A stretch of DNA of 64,000 bases from Candidatus Omnitrophota bacterium (GCA_015494465.1 WGBD01000004.1:132627-196626); one strand, 5' to 3'. Positions 26,516-37,400 are shown, numbered from the stretch's first letter. The notes: generated from the letters alone by a model not told the origin. Numbers and translations are program-made.

Positions 26516-28138
26516 CTACTTGGTACTGAACCGATTCAGGAGGACGTTCATCTCCTCCACCTTCCGGCTCAACTCCTCCATCACCGAGGAGATGTTCATC
26601 ATTGACTGAGTGTATTGGGCCAAGGCAGCAGAGATGTTGGTTATGTTCTGGGAGATGTCATTCGTTGCGATCGCCTGCTCCTCAGTAGCAGAGGTGACAT
26701 GGTTTATGAACGAGCGCACTTCAGAAATCGCTGAACTCATCTGCTCTATCAAACTCCCCACATCCAAGGCCCGAGAGGCCATCTCCCGAATGATGTCTAC
26801 ATTGCGGTTGACCTCCCCGCTCATGTTGCCTATGTCCTTCTGGATCTTGTCGATGACCTCCCTGATCTCCTTGGTGGAATCCTTGGTCTTCTCCGCCAGC
26901 TTGCGGACCTCCTCTGCCACCACCGAAAAGCCCCTTCCCGCCTCACCAGCCCTTGCTGCCTCTATCGCTGCGTTCAAGGCAAGGAGGTTTATCTTGTCCG
27001 CTATGTCGTTGATCACGACTACGACATCGCTCACCTGGGTCGAGTCCTGGGTCAGGCGCCTAAACTTGTCCGCAAACTCCTGCTCCACATTCACCACATT
27101 CTGGATCTCGTCTATCAGGTTCTTCAGCTGCCCTGTCCCTTGGACCGCTAGCTCGGCTGCGGTCTCCGTCTTCTCGTTTGCCTGCCGGGTAACATCCGCT
27201 ATCTCCTTGACCGTGGCGTTCAGCTCCTCAGTGGCAGAGGCTATACTCTCGGTCTTACCCGAAAGCTCCCGAGAAGAGACAACGAATCCGTTTATGACCT
27301 CTGCGGACTCAGACACGGATTGACTGGCAGCGTGGGAGACATCCTTGGCAGACTTTATCAGCTGATTTAGGGTCTCCATGAACTCGTTGAAGGTCCTGGC
27401 CATGAGACCTATCTCGTCTTCGCTATCTACCTCCACCCGAACGGTGAGGTTGCCGTTAGCGCCTCTGCGAAACTCTTCCACGAACTGGGTAAGCGGTTTG
27501 AGTATGGAGTTGGCTATGCTGAACGAGATCAGGAACACTATCACGCTTATGAACAGGAAGAAGGCGATGATCACCCGCAAGGCCTGGATCTTTTTCTCCG
27601 CCTCCTTCTGCATCAAACCTACTGCCTTGTTCATCTCCGAAAGGAGTTCGACATTGTGCTCCATGATGTAGAGCACATTTTCGTGGGAAACCGCATTTCC
27701 CCCTTGGACATATTCTAGTATCTTCTCCATGTGCCCCTTAAATTTCTCCCAGAGGTTTCGCACCTTGTCCAACTGCTTTCTCACCTTACCCTTCGAAGGT
27801 GGAACGGCCCTGAACCTCGTCATCTTAAGGTCCAAGGGGGCAGAGCCGCCGTCGTGAAGGGCCTTGAGGGTGACATCAAAGACCTTCACCGTCTTCTTAA
27901 GATCTTCAACATCTACCGTGGAGGCCTCTCCCCGTATCAGGTTCAGCATCTCCTTGGTCATCTTCTGGGTGAGCATCCTCTGGCGTCCGGCCAGGTTTAT
28001 GATCACCGCATCTGCCTTCTGCTTGTTCAAGGTAATGTAGACGGTACCGACGATGAGGATACTCATTAACAACAGCAAACCGTGAGACAGGAACAGCTTC
28101 TGACCTACGGAGAGACTTTTTAAGACCTTCATCACCAC
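26516..28138 (-). CDS. Methyl-accepting chemotaxis protein.
   Basis: N-terminal transmembrane helix, a sensor region ([16 protein letters not shown], PilJ/NIT-like), a second transmembrane helix, HAMP, and a C-terminal MCP signalling domain. The likely start is ATG 28132 (MKVLKSL) with SD AGGGGG. Confidence 0.8.
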   Translation of the reverse strand: MVMKVLKSLSVGQKLFLSHGLLLLMSILIVGTVYITLNKQKADAVIINLAGRQRMLTQKMTKEMLNLIRGEASTVDVEDLKKTVKVFDVTLKALHDGGSAPLDLKMTRFRAVPPSKGKVRKQLDKVRNLWEKFKGHMEKILEYVQGGNAVSHENVLYIMEHNVELLSEMNKAVGLMQKEAEKKIQALRVIIAFFLFISVIVFLISFSIANSILKPLTQFVEEFRRGANGNLTVRVEVDSEDEIGLMARTFNEFMETLNQLIKSAKDVSHAASQSVSESAEVINGFVVSSRELSGKTESIASATEELNATVKEIADVTRQANEKTETAAELAVQGTGQLKNLIDEIQNVVNVEQEFADKFRRLTQDSTQVSDVVVVINDIADKINLLALNAAIEAARAGEAGRGFSVVAEEVRKLAEKTKDSTKEIREVIDKIQKDIGNMSGEVNRNVDIIREMASRALDVGSLIEQMSSAISEVRSFINHVTSATEEQAIATNDISQNITNISAALAQYTQSMMNISSVMEELSRKVEEMNVLLNRFSTK

Positions 28139-28207
28139 CCCCTTTTACGCCCCTCGACGAACAGGACTGCCACCCTAGGCCACGAACATTTTAAAAGCCA
28201 GTCTTAT

Positions 28208-28235
28208 TTTATACGACCTAACCCATTGGTGTCAA
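28208..28235 (-). promoter_or_regulatory. Sigma70-like promoter for the MCP gene.
   Basis: On the minus strand: TTGACA, a 16-nt spacer, then TATAAA, about 70 nt upstream of the start. Confidence 0.45.
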
Positions 28236-28243
28236 ACCAAAAA

Positions 28244-28822
28244 CTAGTGCCGAAGGCTCTTAAGTTCGGACGACAACACTGGAAAAGGATAATGTCCAAC
28301 TTGCACCCGATAGCTCCTCCCTGGTATGCCGAGTTGCCTAGCAGAGCGTTCCAGCCTCTCTTGCTCCCTAATGGGCACTACCAGGTCCTCTTGGGTCAAG
28401 ACGAAGTCTACTTCTCTTATCCGATCCTTGAACGAACCCAGATCCACCACCTCTCCTCCCAGGTACTCCAGCTCTTGCAGGAATACGTCGTCCCTATCCA
28501 GATCACCGGTTAGGGCCAGCTCACCAGCCAGGTCTTCTCGTCTGAGCCCCGTCCCCCACAGGCACTTTCTGTAGAAGCTGTCTCGGGCGGTAGCGGGATC
28601 CTTGCGGTAGGAGAAGAGGAACTCGCGCAGTACATCTGAAGGATAGCGATCCCTACAGGCGATCAGGAGAGCCCTCTCTAGCCGGATGTTCGTCCTCCTC
28701 AGGAAGTCCTGTAGACGGATTATCCCCAAGGACCAGGCTACCGCATCGTAGTCGCTCTCACCCAAAGGGAAGTAGCGAGCCAGGACATCGGGATTGAATC
28801 CCCAACCGGGAAAGTAGAGCAT
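28244..28822 (-). CDS. DUF452/BioG-like esterase (a pimeloyl-ACP methyl ester esterase family).
   Basis: MLYFPGWGFNPDVL...DYDAVAWSLGI parallels the BioG signature (VYFAGWG..DAV..LVAWSMGV). Confidence 0.45.
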   Translation of the reverse strand: MLYFPGWGFNPDVLARYFPLGESDYDAVAWSLGIIRLQDFLRRTNIRLERALLIACRDRYPSDVLREFLFSYRKDPATARDSFYRKCLWGTGLRREDLAGELALTGDLDRDDVFLQELEYLGGEVVDLGSFKDRIREVDFVLTQEDLVVPIREQERLERSARQLGIPGRSYRVQVGHYPFPVLSSELKSLRH

Positions 28823-28827
28823 CTCTC

Positions 28828-29448
28828 CTATCCCCTGCGCTCCGCCAAGGTGGATATTATCTTCTTTATGAGAGACCTGTAGGTCTGGATCTGGGGCAAG
28901 AACTCGTACTCCAACAGGTCTCGCATGGAGACTATGTCCCGAGTGGACATGGCCTTAGAAAGCGACTGTATTATCTCCATGCTCCTGGCGTGCTGTTGCT
29001 TGAAATCGATCGAATCCCACTGGAGCTTGGTGTAGTCCACATCCAAGGCCCGAGCGGAGTCGTCTATGATCCTGCAGGCCTTTTCCCAGTTATTCATGGC
29101 CCCTACCACGCTAAGCACGACATCCTGATAATCCAGAGAGCCGGAGTCCAGGAACCTGCGCACCACCGCCTCTGCCTCCAAGAGGAAGTTATCCGCGTTC
29201 ACCAACTCCTCAAGGGCGGTCTCCTCATGCCCCACGGTCTCTATCTCTATGGTCTCGAATTCGCCTAGGTCCTTATCCCTCATCGCCTTCAACTCCTCTA
29301 GGGCCAGCTCCTTCCCGTCTACGGAGACCCTCTTGACCTGCCGACCGCTGGTAACGCACAAGTCCTCCAATTCCTCCAACAGCTCTTCCAGCTTGGTGGG
29401 ACCGTCCACCACGAAAACATCGTCTCTACCGTCTAACAATATCCGCAT
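28828..29448 (-). CDS. Hypothetical acidic protein.
   Basis: ORF with no recognisable motif. Tightly packed between the Maf-like and BioG-like genes. Confidence 0.35.
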   Translation of the reverse strand: MRILLDGRDDVFVVDGPTKLEELLEELEDLCVTSGRQVKRVSVDGKELALEELKAMRDKDLGEFETIEIETVGHEETALEELVNADNFLLEAEAVVRRFLDSGSLDYQDVVLSVVGAMNNWEKACRIIDDSARALDVDYTKLQWDSIDFKQQHARSMEIIQSLSKAMSTRDIVSMRDLLEYEFLPQIQTYRSLIKKIISTLAERRG

Positions 29449-31147
29449 TCCTTACCTCCTCCAAAATAAACCTGGCGGTGCTGGCTAGACTCTGGAAGTA
29501 GAACCTAAACTTCTCCTCTGCCCCTTTCTCCGTCCACAACCTTCTAGAGGCCAACAAGATAGCAGTGGATTCCATGGTCTCCTCTAGTATGTCTATTATA
29601 ACCCCGTAATCTCTCAAACGGAAATAGCCATCCTTCAGCCTAACCAGATCTCGTTCCTCAGCCAAAACACTGGCGATCTTCTCTATCTCTTCAGTCCCCT
29701 CTATCCAATCCCGTAGCCTGGCCTCCGCCCTCTGGACCAGATCCTCTACTCCCTCTCGGGGACTTATCGGCACCCTTGCAATACTGCCCGAGCGCTGGAG
29801 GAGGAACTCGGGATCCACGAACTCCATCCCCTTTATCCTGGCCCCGTAGCTGGCGTTAAACACCCGCACTCCAGCGTTGGCCAGCTCTACCTCGAAGTGC
29901 TTTATGTAAGAGAAGAAGACATCGTCGGTTATCACATCACCTCCCCTACCCGGCACGGTCAGGAGTCTCCGATTGCTGATGTCGGAAGAAAAGTTGGCGG
30001 ATCCGGAGACATGAGTGGCGTCTTTCTTAAAACTGAGGTCCAATCCTAAGAAGACTATCTCCTCGGCTCCCAGGGCCTTGGCAAAGTAAAAGGCGCTGTG
30101 AGATACGCTCATCCCTTTCTCTATGAAGACCCTCTTGCCGACTATGTCGGAAAAGAGCTGGTGTATCTTGGAGTCCGCCAGTGGGGGAGAGAAGACCTCA
30201 CCAGCCCAGGAGGCGGGGATGCGGAAAAAGACTTGAGGATCGATAACGAGAGCTATATCCTCCGTTTCAGAAGGAGAAAGGCCCTCGAAGTGGATGTAGT
30301 TCAGCTCGGTAGGATCTATGGAGACCACCAAGTCCGGCCTTATTCCCCGCATCAACAATGGCTTCAAGGCGGTGTCTACCGCGACGATCGGGACCTTTCC
30401 CTTCACCTCCCTTAAGACCGCAAACGCCCTCTCCAACGAGGGCCCAGGGGCAACGACAGCGACCGTCCCTTCCCCTCTCAGGTGATCCAATCCGGGATGG
30501 AGTAGAAAGAACCTCAGGTTGCGGATTATGTTCCTCTGATACTGCCTTCGGTAGCGGGCACCTGCCTCGAAGTTCTTCTTTCCCCAGACGATCAGGTCTC
30601 GGATCCTAGCTTCGACCTCATCGTAGTAATCCCTAAACAGGAGATACGAGGTATCGTGGCGCAAGACTATCAGGTCGTTGTTCACCAATTGAAAGACCTT
30701 CAACTTGAGCTGGGAGAATATCTCCTCGGGGGTATCATCCAGGAAGAGCATAAGCCTCCGATCCGCAAACAAGGGCCTGAGATCCAGGACCTGCATTGCC
30801 AAGCGAAGTATCGGAGGGTGTTGCTCGACCACGACGAATTGGCTTTCGCGAGGGAGTTTCCGTAGGACTTCCAGGACATGGTACCCCAATCCAAACCCCA
30901 ATAAAAGAACATTCTTGTCCTCAGGGATCGTTAGGCCAGCCAATTGCTCTCTGGCCTCTTTTACTGGGTGCTCGAGGCTGTGGAACAGAAATCGCCGTTG
31001 CCCGAGGTAAAGGGCTAGGGAAGGCCAACGGGATCGGGTTGACAAAAGTTTCAACTCCCCCGGAGGACGGGTGCTGGTCACCTTGGAGGCAATCTCTGGC
31101 CACCTCTTGCGCAGGACCTGGAGGTTGTCCTGAAATACTCTGGACAT
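29426..31147 (-). CDS. Motility-accessory-factor-like protein (DUF115/MptE-like putative glycosyltransferase family).
   Basis: 573 aa. VAVVAPGPSL followed by ...PIVAVDTAL...IRPDLVVSIDP resembles the DUF115 (Maf) nucleotide-binding core. Confidence 0.5.
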   Translation of the reverse strand: MSRVFQDNLQVLRKRWPEIASKVTSTRPPGELKLLSTRSRWPSLALYLGQRRFLFHSLEHPVKEAREQLAGLTIPEDKNVLLLGFGLGYHVLEVLRKLPRESQFVVVEQHPPILRLAMQVLDLRPLFADRRLMLFLDDTPEEIFSQLKLKVFQLVNNDLIVLRHDTSYLLFRDYYDEVEARIRDLIVWGKKNFEAGARYRRQYQRNIIRNLRFFLLHPGLDHLRGEGTVAVVAPGPSLERAFAVLREVKGKVPIVAVDTALKPLLMRGIRPDLVVSIDPTELNYIHFEGLSPSETEDIALVIDPQVFFRIPASWAGEVFSPPLADSKIHQLFSDIVGKRVFIEKGMSVSHSAFYFAKALGAEEIVFLGLDLSFKKDATHVSGSANFSSDISNRRLLTVPGRGGDVITDDVFFSYIKHFEVELANAGVRVFNASYGARIKGMEFVDPEFLLQRSGSIARVPISPREGVEDLVQRAEARLRDWIEGTEEIEKIASVLAEERDLVRLKDGYFRLRDYGVIIDILEETMESTAILLASRRLWTEKGAEEKFRFYFQSLASTARFILEEVRNADIVRR

Positions 31148-32220
31148 CAGTACCGACGCACCTCCCTATCTATGGACTGCAATAGTCCCACGAGGAAGTA
31201 ACATACCACCAGAGAGGTCCCCCCGTAGCTGACGAAGGGCAAGGGCAGTCCTACTACTGGCAGGTATCCGCAGGTCATGGCTATGTTCACGAAGGCGTGC
31301 ACGAATATGTATGTGCCAGCAGAGACCGAAAGGAACCTCCCAAACCTATCCCTGCTCCGCAAGGCCAGGTCGAATGCGGATGCCACCAAGTAGGCAAACA
31401 GGAGTATGACCAGGGTCGCACCCACTGCCCCCCACTCCTCTGCGAGCACGGAGAATATGAAGTCCGTGTGCCGTTCGGGTAAAAAGTTAAACCTATTTTG
31501 GGTTCCCGAAAGGTATCCTTTCCCCCACAGCCCTCCAGAACCTATGGCTATCTTAGACTGCAGTACGGTATAACCTGCTCCCAACGGATCGCGGGAGGGA
31601 TCCAAGAAGACCAAGATCCTCTTCCTCTGATAGTCCTTAAGGAAGTGCCAAGCAATGGGCAAGAGCCCACTGCTCACCAGCCCCGAGACGATCAGCCAAC
31701 GCAACCTCACCCCCCACACCAACAGTAGGCTCAGGAAGATGGGTAAAAGGACCAGAGCGGTCCCGAGATCCGGTTCCTTGGCAATTAAGGCAAAGGGAAC
31801 TGCGGTCATACCCAAGAGAACCCCAAACCACCGCCAGCTGAACCTCTCCTTCAGCGATGCCACATAGGAGACCGCCAGAAGATAACTCACCTTAGCAAGC
31901 TCCGACGGCTGAAAGACGAAACCTCCCAGATTCAACCACCTCTTGGCCCCGTATCTCACCTCCCCTGCCAAGAGCACCAACACGAGCAGGGCAATCGAGA
32001 TCCCGTACAGGACAAGGGCAACCCCCTTCCAGTAGTGATAGTCCACCGAGGCGGTTATCCAGAAGACCACCCAGGCGACCACCATCCACATCAACTGCCT
32101 CTCAAACAGATACTGATACACGACCTTGCCCCGGTACTGGAGGGCACTGTAGAGCACGAGTAGCCCTATCAGGTTCAACAGGACCGCCATCCAGAAGAAC
32201 CTATACCTCCTGAGATTCAT
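31147..32220 (-). CDS. rodA: Rod shape-determining protein RodA (SEDS family).
   Basis: SEDS multi-transmembrane protein immediately downstream of mrdA. Its start overlaps the PBP2 stop. Confidence 0.8.
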   Translation of the reverse strand: MNLRRYRFFWMAVLLNLIGLLVLYSALQYRGKVVYQYLFERQLMWMVVAWVVFWITASVDYHYWKGVALVLYGISIALLVLVLLAGEVRYGAKRWLNLGGFVFQPSELAKVSYLLAVSYVASLKERFSWRWFGVLLGMTAVPFALIAKEPDLGTALVLLPIFLSLLLVWGVRLRWLIVSGLVSSGLLPIAWHFLKDYQRKRILVFLDPSRDPLGAGYTVLQSKIAIGSGGLWGKGYLSGTQNRFNFLPERHTDFIFSVLAEEWGAVGATLVILLFAYLVASAFDLALRSRDRFGRFLSVSAGTYIFVHAFVNIAMTCGYLPVVGLPLPFVSYGGTSLVVCYFLVGLLQSIDREVRRY

Positions 32221-33929
32221 AACCCCCTACTCCGCATGTCGTCTATTATCTCCCGCAAAAGCTGGCAGGCGTAGTAACTGCTCTTCCCGTACTCCAACAA
32301 CACCGCTACCGCATACCTCGGAGCATCGGCTGGGAAGTAACCTACGAACCAACCGTGGGCAGGCTTCCCAGGCACGCTCTGGGCCGTGCCCGTCTTACCC
32401 GCCACCCTGAAGTCAGGATAAAACAACATCCGCGCCGTCCCGTCGGGCAGGGTTATCGCCGACTCCAGTCCTAGTCGGACGACATCGAGGTTCTCTTTGT
32501 CCAGCATGAGATCTCTCTTCTCGGGAGAATTTATCCTCACCTTACCAGAATACTTACCTAGAAACGGTTTCACCAACCACCCCCCATTGGCCACCGCTGA
32601 GACGACCCGCAGCATCTGAATCGGAGTAGCTAGTATGTAGCCCTGTCCAATGGAGAAATTAAGGGTATCCCCGTCGTACCAGGGCTGTCTATACCTACGC
32701 CGTTTCCACTCCTTAGACGGTAAAAGCCCCCTTTTCTCACCCGGCAAGTCGATTCCTGTCTCCCTGCCCAATCCGAACCTGCCCCCGTACAAAAACAGGC
32801 CATCGCTTCCCAACTTAAGACCTAAATTGTAAAAGTACACATTACAAGAGTGCCCCAGTGCGGAAACCACATTCTCTCTACCGTGGGCATGAGTACATCC
32901 AAACCTCACCCCACCGAGCTCCATGTATCCCGGGCAGAAGAAGGTAGTCTTAGGGGTGATCACCCCTGAGTCTAACCCTGCGAGGGCAACCACTATCTTG
33001 AAGGTAGATCCCGGAGGATAAACACCCGAGATGGCCCTGTTCAGCATGGGAGAAAGCGGATTGGTCAGGACCTCAACCCTACCGGCGGTGGAGGCATCGC
33101 TAACGAAGACATTGTCGTCGTAAGATGGCCAACTTACCATAGAGAGGACCTCCCCCGAGAAGGGATCCGCAAATATCACCGTACCTACCTTGCCTTTGAG
33201 GTGGGAAAAGGCTATGAACTGGAGATCCAGATCTATGCTCAACACCAAAGACTCCCCTTTGACCGGATCCCTCTCCTCCAGGACCTTTACCGGCCTACCC
33301 AGCTTGTCCACCGCCATCTTGATCCATCCTGGTCTACCCCGGAGATAGGCATCGTAGTACTCTTCCACCCCCATGTACCCCACCCTGTCGCCCCGCCTGT
33401 AACCGTAATCCTTGAGCTCCTGGAGGCGCTCCCTGTCCAGCCCCCGCACATAACCGAGGATGTGGGCGGTCATCGGCCCGTAAGGATAAATGCGTTTAGG
33501 ACGAACCTGGATCGTAATCTGGGGATAGAGGAGACGAATCTCCGCGAACCTGAAGGCCAACCTCTTCGGTAGATCCCTAGCCACGATCACCGGTAGGAAG
33601 GGGGCGACATAGTTCCGCCTGTACCTCCTTTTTACCTCCTCCTTGGTTATCCCCATCCACTTGGCTATCAGGGCAAAGGCCTTTTCCTTATCCCTTGCCT
33701 GGGGGTTAACCGCCAGGTCAAAGGCCTGGGCACTGGTGGCCAAGACCCGAAACTTCCGGTCCAGGATGTCACCCCTCACCGCAGGGACGGGTACGATCCT
33801 AACGAAGTTGCGCAGGCTAAGCCTGGCGTAATAGTCCCCCCTCACCACCTGGAGGTACCACAATCCCACGATCAGCAAACCCCAGGCAATCGCACTAAGT
33901 CTGGACACCAACCTTACGCCTTCTGGCAC
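32217..33929 (-). CDS. mrdA: Penicillin-binding protein 2 (peptidoglycan D,D-transpeptidase MrdA).
   Basis: N-terminal transmembrane helix, PBP dimer domain, and a transpeptidase domain with S-T-F-K, S-x-N and K-T-G-T motifs. Confidence 0.85.
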   Translation of the reverse strand: MPEGVRLVSRLSAIAWGLLIVGLWYLQVVRGDYYARLSLRNFVRIVPVPAVRGDILDRKFRVLATSAQAFDLAVNPQARDKEKAFALIAKWMGITKEEVKRRYRRNYVAPFLPVIVARDLPKRLAFRFAEIRLLYPQITIQVRPKRIYPYGPMTAHILGYVRGLDRERLQELKDYGYRRGDRVGYMGVEEYYDAYLRGRPGWIKMAVDKLGRPVKVLEERDPVKGESLVLSIDLDLQFIAFSHLKGKVGTVIFADPFSGEVLSMVSWPSYDDNVFVSDASTAGRVEVLTNPLSPMLNRAISGVYPPGSTFKIVVALAGLDSGVITPKTTFFCPGYMELGGVRFGCTHAHGRENVVSALGHSCNVYFYNLGLKLGSDGLFLYGGRFGLGRETGIDLPGEKRGLLPSKEWKRRRYRQPWYDGDTLNFSIGQGYILATPIQMLRVVSAVANGGWLVKPFLGKYSGKVRINSPEKRDLMLDKENLDVVRLGLESAITLPDGTARMLFYPDFRVAGKTGTAQSVPGKPAHGWFVGYFPADAPRYAVAVLLEYGKSSYYACQLLREIIDDMRSRGL

Positions 33930-34356
33930 CCAAACCTCCCGTCAACAGTCCCAGGATAAGGAGAAAGCCCCAGGACCTGGGAACCATGGGGAGTATCGCC
34001 CAACTCAGGTTGACCCAGGTTAGGACCAAAGCCACGCCCATCTTGGCCAAGGCCCGGGAAAGCCCAAACCACCTCCACAACAGCTCTATCCCCTGTAGGG
34101 ACAAGAACCCAACCAAGATATGCGGTCCGAGGGTCCCCGAGAAAGAATCCGCAAGCAGTCCCCAGATCAATATCAGACGAGGAGAATCAAACGCAATCGC
34201 CCAGGCCAGAGAGAAGCCCGGGCTAATCCTCCCCCAAGACAGGTCCAGAAAAAAGCAAAACAGCAGGCCTACGACTCCAAACCAATCTCGGAAGCGGGGA
34301 GCTCCAGCTCCGGTACCAATACGACCACCTGGTAGAATACCATTCCTCGTACGCAC
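33895..34356 (-). CDS. mreD: Rod shape-determining protein MreD.
   Basis: Small polytopic membrane protein between mreC and mrdA. The start is probably internal (overlaps the mreC end). Confidence 0.55.
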   Translation of the reverse strand: MRTRNGILPGGRIGTGAGAPRFRDWFGVVGLLFCFFLDLSWGRISPGFSLAWAIAFDSPRLILIWGLLADSFSGTLGPHILVGFLSLQGIELLWRWFGLSRALAKMGVALVLTWVNLSWAILPMVPRSWGFLLILGLLTGGLGARRRKVGVQT

Positions 34357-35057
34357 GGATTGACCTCCGCGTAACAGTCGATCCTACCGGGAGGGCAGTG
34401 GAAGTCCTCTATCTCTCCCAGCAACAGACCACTCGGGAAGAACAGGCTCAAGGCAGATGTCCGCACCGGGTCGCCTTTGTTGACCTCTGCCCTTGGGGTT
34501 AGGAATCGCATCTTCACCACCTTACCGCCCTCCAGCACCCCTTCCTCTCTGCTGGCCTCGTCTATCACCACCGCAGAGAATTGTAGATTCCAGGGATAAA
34601 CCGCCTTGGACATCTCCTCCCACACCTGCACCACTCGACCGCACACCACCCCACCTGGTAACATCACCCCGCATCCCGGTCTTACCCCCTCGTTCGAACC
34701 CACATCCAAGTAGAAGAAGTCCTGCCTGCCTATCGGCTGGGCCAACACATCCGCCACGATCTGCCGAAATCCCTTTCCCTTGGGCATGTTCAGGAGGCTC
34801 CGCAGGCGTTGGTTTTCCTCTTTGAGGGAATTGATGTAGCTCTTGTAAAAGCCCAATTCGAATCTTTCCTCCTTTAGCCGAAGGTAGTCCTCGTAGAAGG
34901 CGGGGAAGTGGAAAATCGCATAACCCATCTCTCCCAGGGAACGCAAAGGGAAAACTACGGGCACGAGTCTCCTCAAGAGTAAGGGCCAGAGATTGATCAG
35001 GAGCAAAAAAGATACGAAGATGGCTATAGAGAACCAAACAATCCGTCTGAAGTCCAT
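34269..35057 (-). CDS. mreC: Rod shape-determining protein MreC.
   Basis: N-terminal transmembrane helix, a coiled coil, and a beta-rich C-terminus. Operon position after mreB. Confidence 0.75.
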   Translation of the reverse strand: MDFRRIVWFSIAIFVSFLLLINLWPLLLRRLVPVVFPLRSLGEMGYAIFHFPAFYEDYLRLKEERFELGFYKSYINSLKEENQRLRSLLNMPKGKGFRQIVADVLAQPIGRQDFFYLDVGSNEGVRPGCGVMLPGGVVCGRVVQVWEEMSKAVYPWNLQFSAVVIDEASREEGVLEGGKVVKMRFLTPRAEVNKGDPVRTSALSLFFPSGLLLGEIEDFHCPPGRIDCYAEVNPCVRGMVFYQVVVLVPELELPASEIGLES

Positions 35058-36118
35058 TATTCGTAACGCACCGGCACGGTGACCCGCCAGAGGTAATCCT
35101 CTTCCTCCAGCACCTTACCGGTACCCACCGCCACTGCGGTTATCGGATCGTCAGCTATGATCACCGGTAGACCGGTCTCTTCCGCTATGAGTCTGTCTAT
35201 ACCCCGCAACAAGGCCCCTCCTCCTGCGAGGACTATCCCCTTATCGATGAGGTCTGCTGAGAGCTCGGGAGGGGTCTTCTCGAGAGCCAGCCTCACCGCC
35301 TCCACTATCTTGTGGACATGATCTCTCAATGCCTCCCTGATCTCCTCAGAAGATACGGTTACGGTCTTTGGCAGACCGGTCACCATGTCCCTACCCCTTA
35401 TCTCCATGGTGATCTCTTTCTGTAGGGGATAGGCGGAACCGATCTTTATCTTTATCATCTCCGCGGTCCTCTCTCCTATGAGGAGATTGTAGGTCTTCTT
35501 GACATGTTCTAAGATCGCCTGATCCCACTTATCCCCACCCATCTTGATGGAATTGGAGTACACGATCCCCGACAGCGATATGACCGCTATCTCCGTCGTA
35601 CCGCCACCTATGTCTATGATCATGTTCCCTGAGGGATCCGCTATTGGGAGACCCACTCCTATCGCAGCTGCCATCGGCTCTTCTATCAAGAAGACCTCTC
35701 GGGCACCGGCCCTCTGGGCGGACTCCTTCACTGCCCGTTTCTCCACCTCGGTAATCCCGGAAGGTATAGCGACCACCACCCGAGGACTGCTCAAGAATCT
35801 CCTCGGCGTGGCCTTCTCTATAAACCTCCGCAACATCGCCTCAGTGGCGTCAAAGTCCGCGATCACGCCGTCCCGCAGGGGCCTGATGGCCATGATGTTG
35901 CCCGGGGTCCGCCCGAGCATGTCCTTGGCCTCCGCCCCCACCTTCAAGACCTCGTGGGTGTCCCTAGTCACTGCCACCACCGATGGCTCACACAGGACGA
36001 TCCCCTCCCCCCGAACATACACCAAGGTATTTGCGGTGCCGAGGTCTATACCGATGTCAGTAGAGAACACACCCCCCACCTTACTCAGCGCCCGGTGCAG
36101 GAGAGTTCTAACATCCAT
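35057..36118 (-). CDS. mreB: Rod shape-determining actin homolog MreB.
   Basis: DIGIDLGTANTLVYV and DIGGGTTEIAV actin-fold motifs. Confidence 0.9.
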   Translation of the reverse strand: MDVRTLLHRALSKVGGVFSTDIGIDLGTANTLVYVRGEGIVLCEPSVVAVTRDTHEVLKVGAEAKDMLGRTPGNIMAIRPLRDGVIADFDATEAMLRRFIEKATPRRFLSSPRVVVAIPSGITEVEKRAVKESAQRAGAREVFLIEEPMAAAIGVGLPIADPSGNMIIDIGGGTTEIAVISLSGIVYSNSIKMGGDKWDQAILEHVKKTYNLLIGERTAEMIKIKIGSAYPLQKEITMEIRGRDMVTGLPKTVTVSSEEIREALRDHVHKIVEAVRLALEKTPPELSADLIDKGIVLAGGGALLRGIDRLIAEETGLPVIIADDPITAVAVGTGKVLEEEDYLWRVTVPVRYE

Positions 36119-37400
36119 AATCCACTCCTTGGCTTACCCGTGACAAGGTCTCCCAGAACTCAGGATAGGAGATGTCCACGCAATTCCTGTCGTCAATCCT
36201 ATCCAAATCCCCTCCCAAGACCGCCGTCATCACCCCAAAGGCCATAGCGATCCGATGGTCCTTCCAGGTCCTTATCCTTTTGGGGATCACCAGCGGTCTG
36301 CCTCCCCAGATCTCCAGATCGATCCTATCCTTCCTCTTTACCACCCGCACATCTACGCCGAAGGCAACGAGGTTCCCGCGGATGGCCTCAACTCGATCCG
36401 ACTCCTTGACTCTCAACTCGTCAACACCCTCTATCACGCTCTTGCCCTTAGCAAAGGAGGCCAGGACCGCTATGATTGGCACCTCGTCTATAAGCCTGGG
36501 GATCTCCTCTGACCTTATCTTAACCGGCCTCAAATTAGTAGATTTTACCACAATATCCGCGTAGGGTTCAGCATAATCTACCTTGTCCACCAATCTCACC
36601 CTTGCCCCCATGCGCTTCAGGACATCCACCATACCCATCCGGGTCGGATTCACACCTACCCGTCTTACCACCAATTCAACACCTGGCCTAAGGACCCCGT
36701 AGGCGAGGAAAAAGCTAGCCGAGGATATGTCTCCTGGGACGAATATCTCTCCTGGGCTTTCCAGTTCCCAACGCCCGTCCACTATCAAGAATCCCTTATA
36801 CCTCCTCAAGGGGCGTCCAAAAAGACGGAACATCCTTTCGGTGTGATCGCGCGAGGGGACCCTTTCCCGATAATAGGTCCTGCCCTCTGCGTGCAGGCCT
36901 GCGAGTAGCACCGCAGACTTGACCTGGGCACTGGATAGGGACGAATCCCAACGGATACCCCTTAACCTTGCGGGCAGTATCCGAAGGGGCGCCCGCCCGT
37001 TGTGGGATTCGATCCTGGCCCCCATCAAAGAAAGCGGACGGATCACCCGCTGCATAGGCCTGCGTCTAAGGGAGTCGTCGCCGTCTAATACCGACTCAAA
37101 ATCCTGGCCTGCGAGCACGCCGGTCATTATCCGCATGGTGGTACCGGAGTTGCCAGCGAACAGCACGCCCTTCGGGGCGGTGAATGAGAACTTGCCCCTC
37201 CCTTCGACCTCTACCCTTCTTCTTTTAGGATCCAGTCTCATTCTGATCCCCAGGGCCTTAAGGATACCAGCGGTGGAAAGGCAGTCCTGGGCAAAGAGAA
37301 AGTTCTGCACCTTAGTAGTGCCTCGGGTCAAAGAGGAGAACATAAGCGAGCGGTGGGATATGGACTTATCTGGTGGGACACACAAAACCACAGTAGCCAT
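36108..37400 (-). CDS. aroA: 3-phosphoshikimate 1-carboxyvinyltransferase (EPSP synthase).
   Basis: PPDKSISHRS and LFAGNSGTTMR motifs. Confidence 0.85.
   Translation of the reverse strand: MATVVLCVPPDKSISHRSLMFSSLTRGTTKVQNFLFAQDCLSTAGILKALGIRMRLDPKRRRVEVEGRGKFSFTAPKGVLFAGNSGTTMRIMTGVLAGQDFESVLDGDDSLRRRPMQRVIRPLSLMGARIESHNGRAPLRILPARLRGIRWDSSLSSAQVKSAVLLAGLHAEGRTYYRERVPSRDHTERMFRLFGRPLRRYKGFLIVDGRWELESPGEIFVPGDISSASFFLAYGVLRPGVELVVRRVGVNPTRMGMVDVLKRMGARVRLVDKVDYAEPYADIVVKSTNLRPVKIRSEEIPRLIDEVPIIAVLASFAKGKSVIEGVDELRVKESDRVEAIRGNLVAFGVDVRVVKRKDRIDLEIWGGRPLVIPKRIRTWKDHRIAMAFGVMTAVLGGDLDRIDDRNCVDISYPEFWETLSRVSQGVDYGC

Noticed and set aside
26610-27323. 237-aa plus-strand ORF rich in Ser/Thr/Ala.
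   Set aside because: It is antisense to the MCP signalling domain, a classic antisense artefact of Ala/Glu-rich coiled coils.
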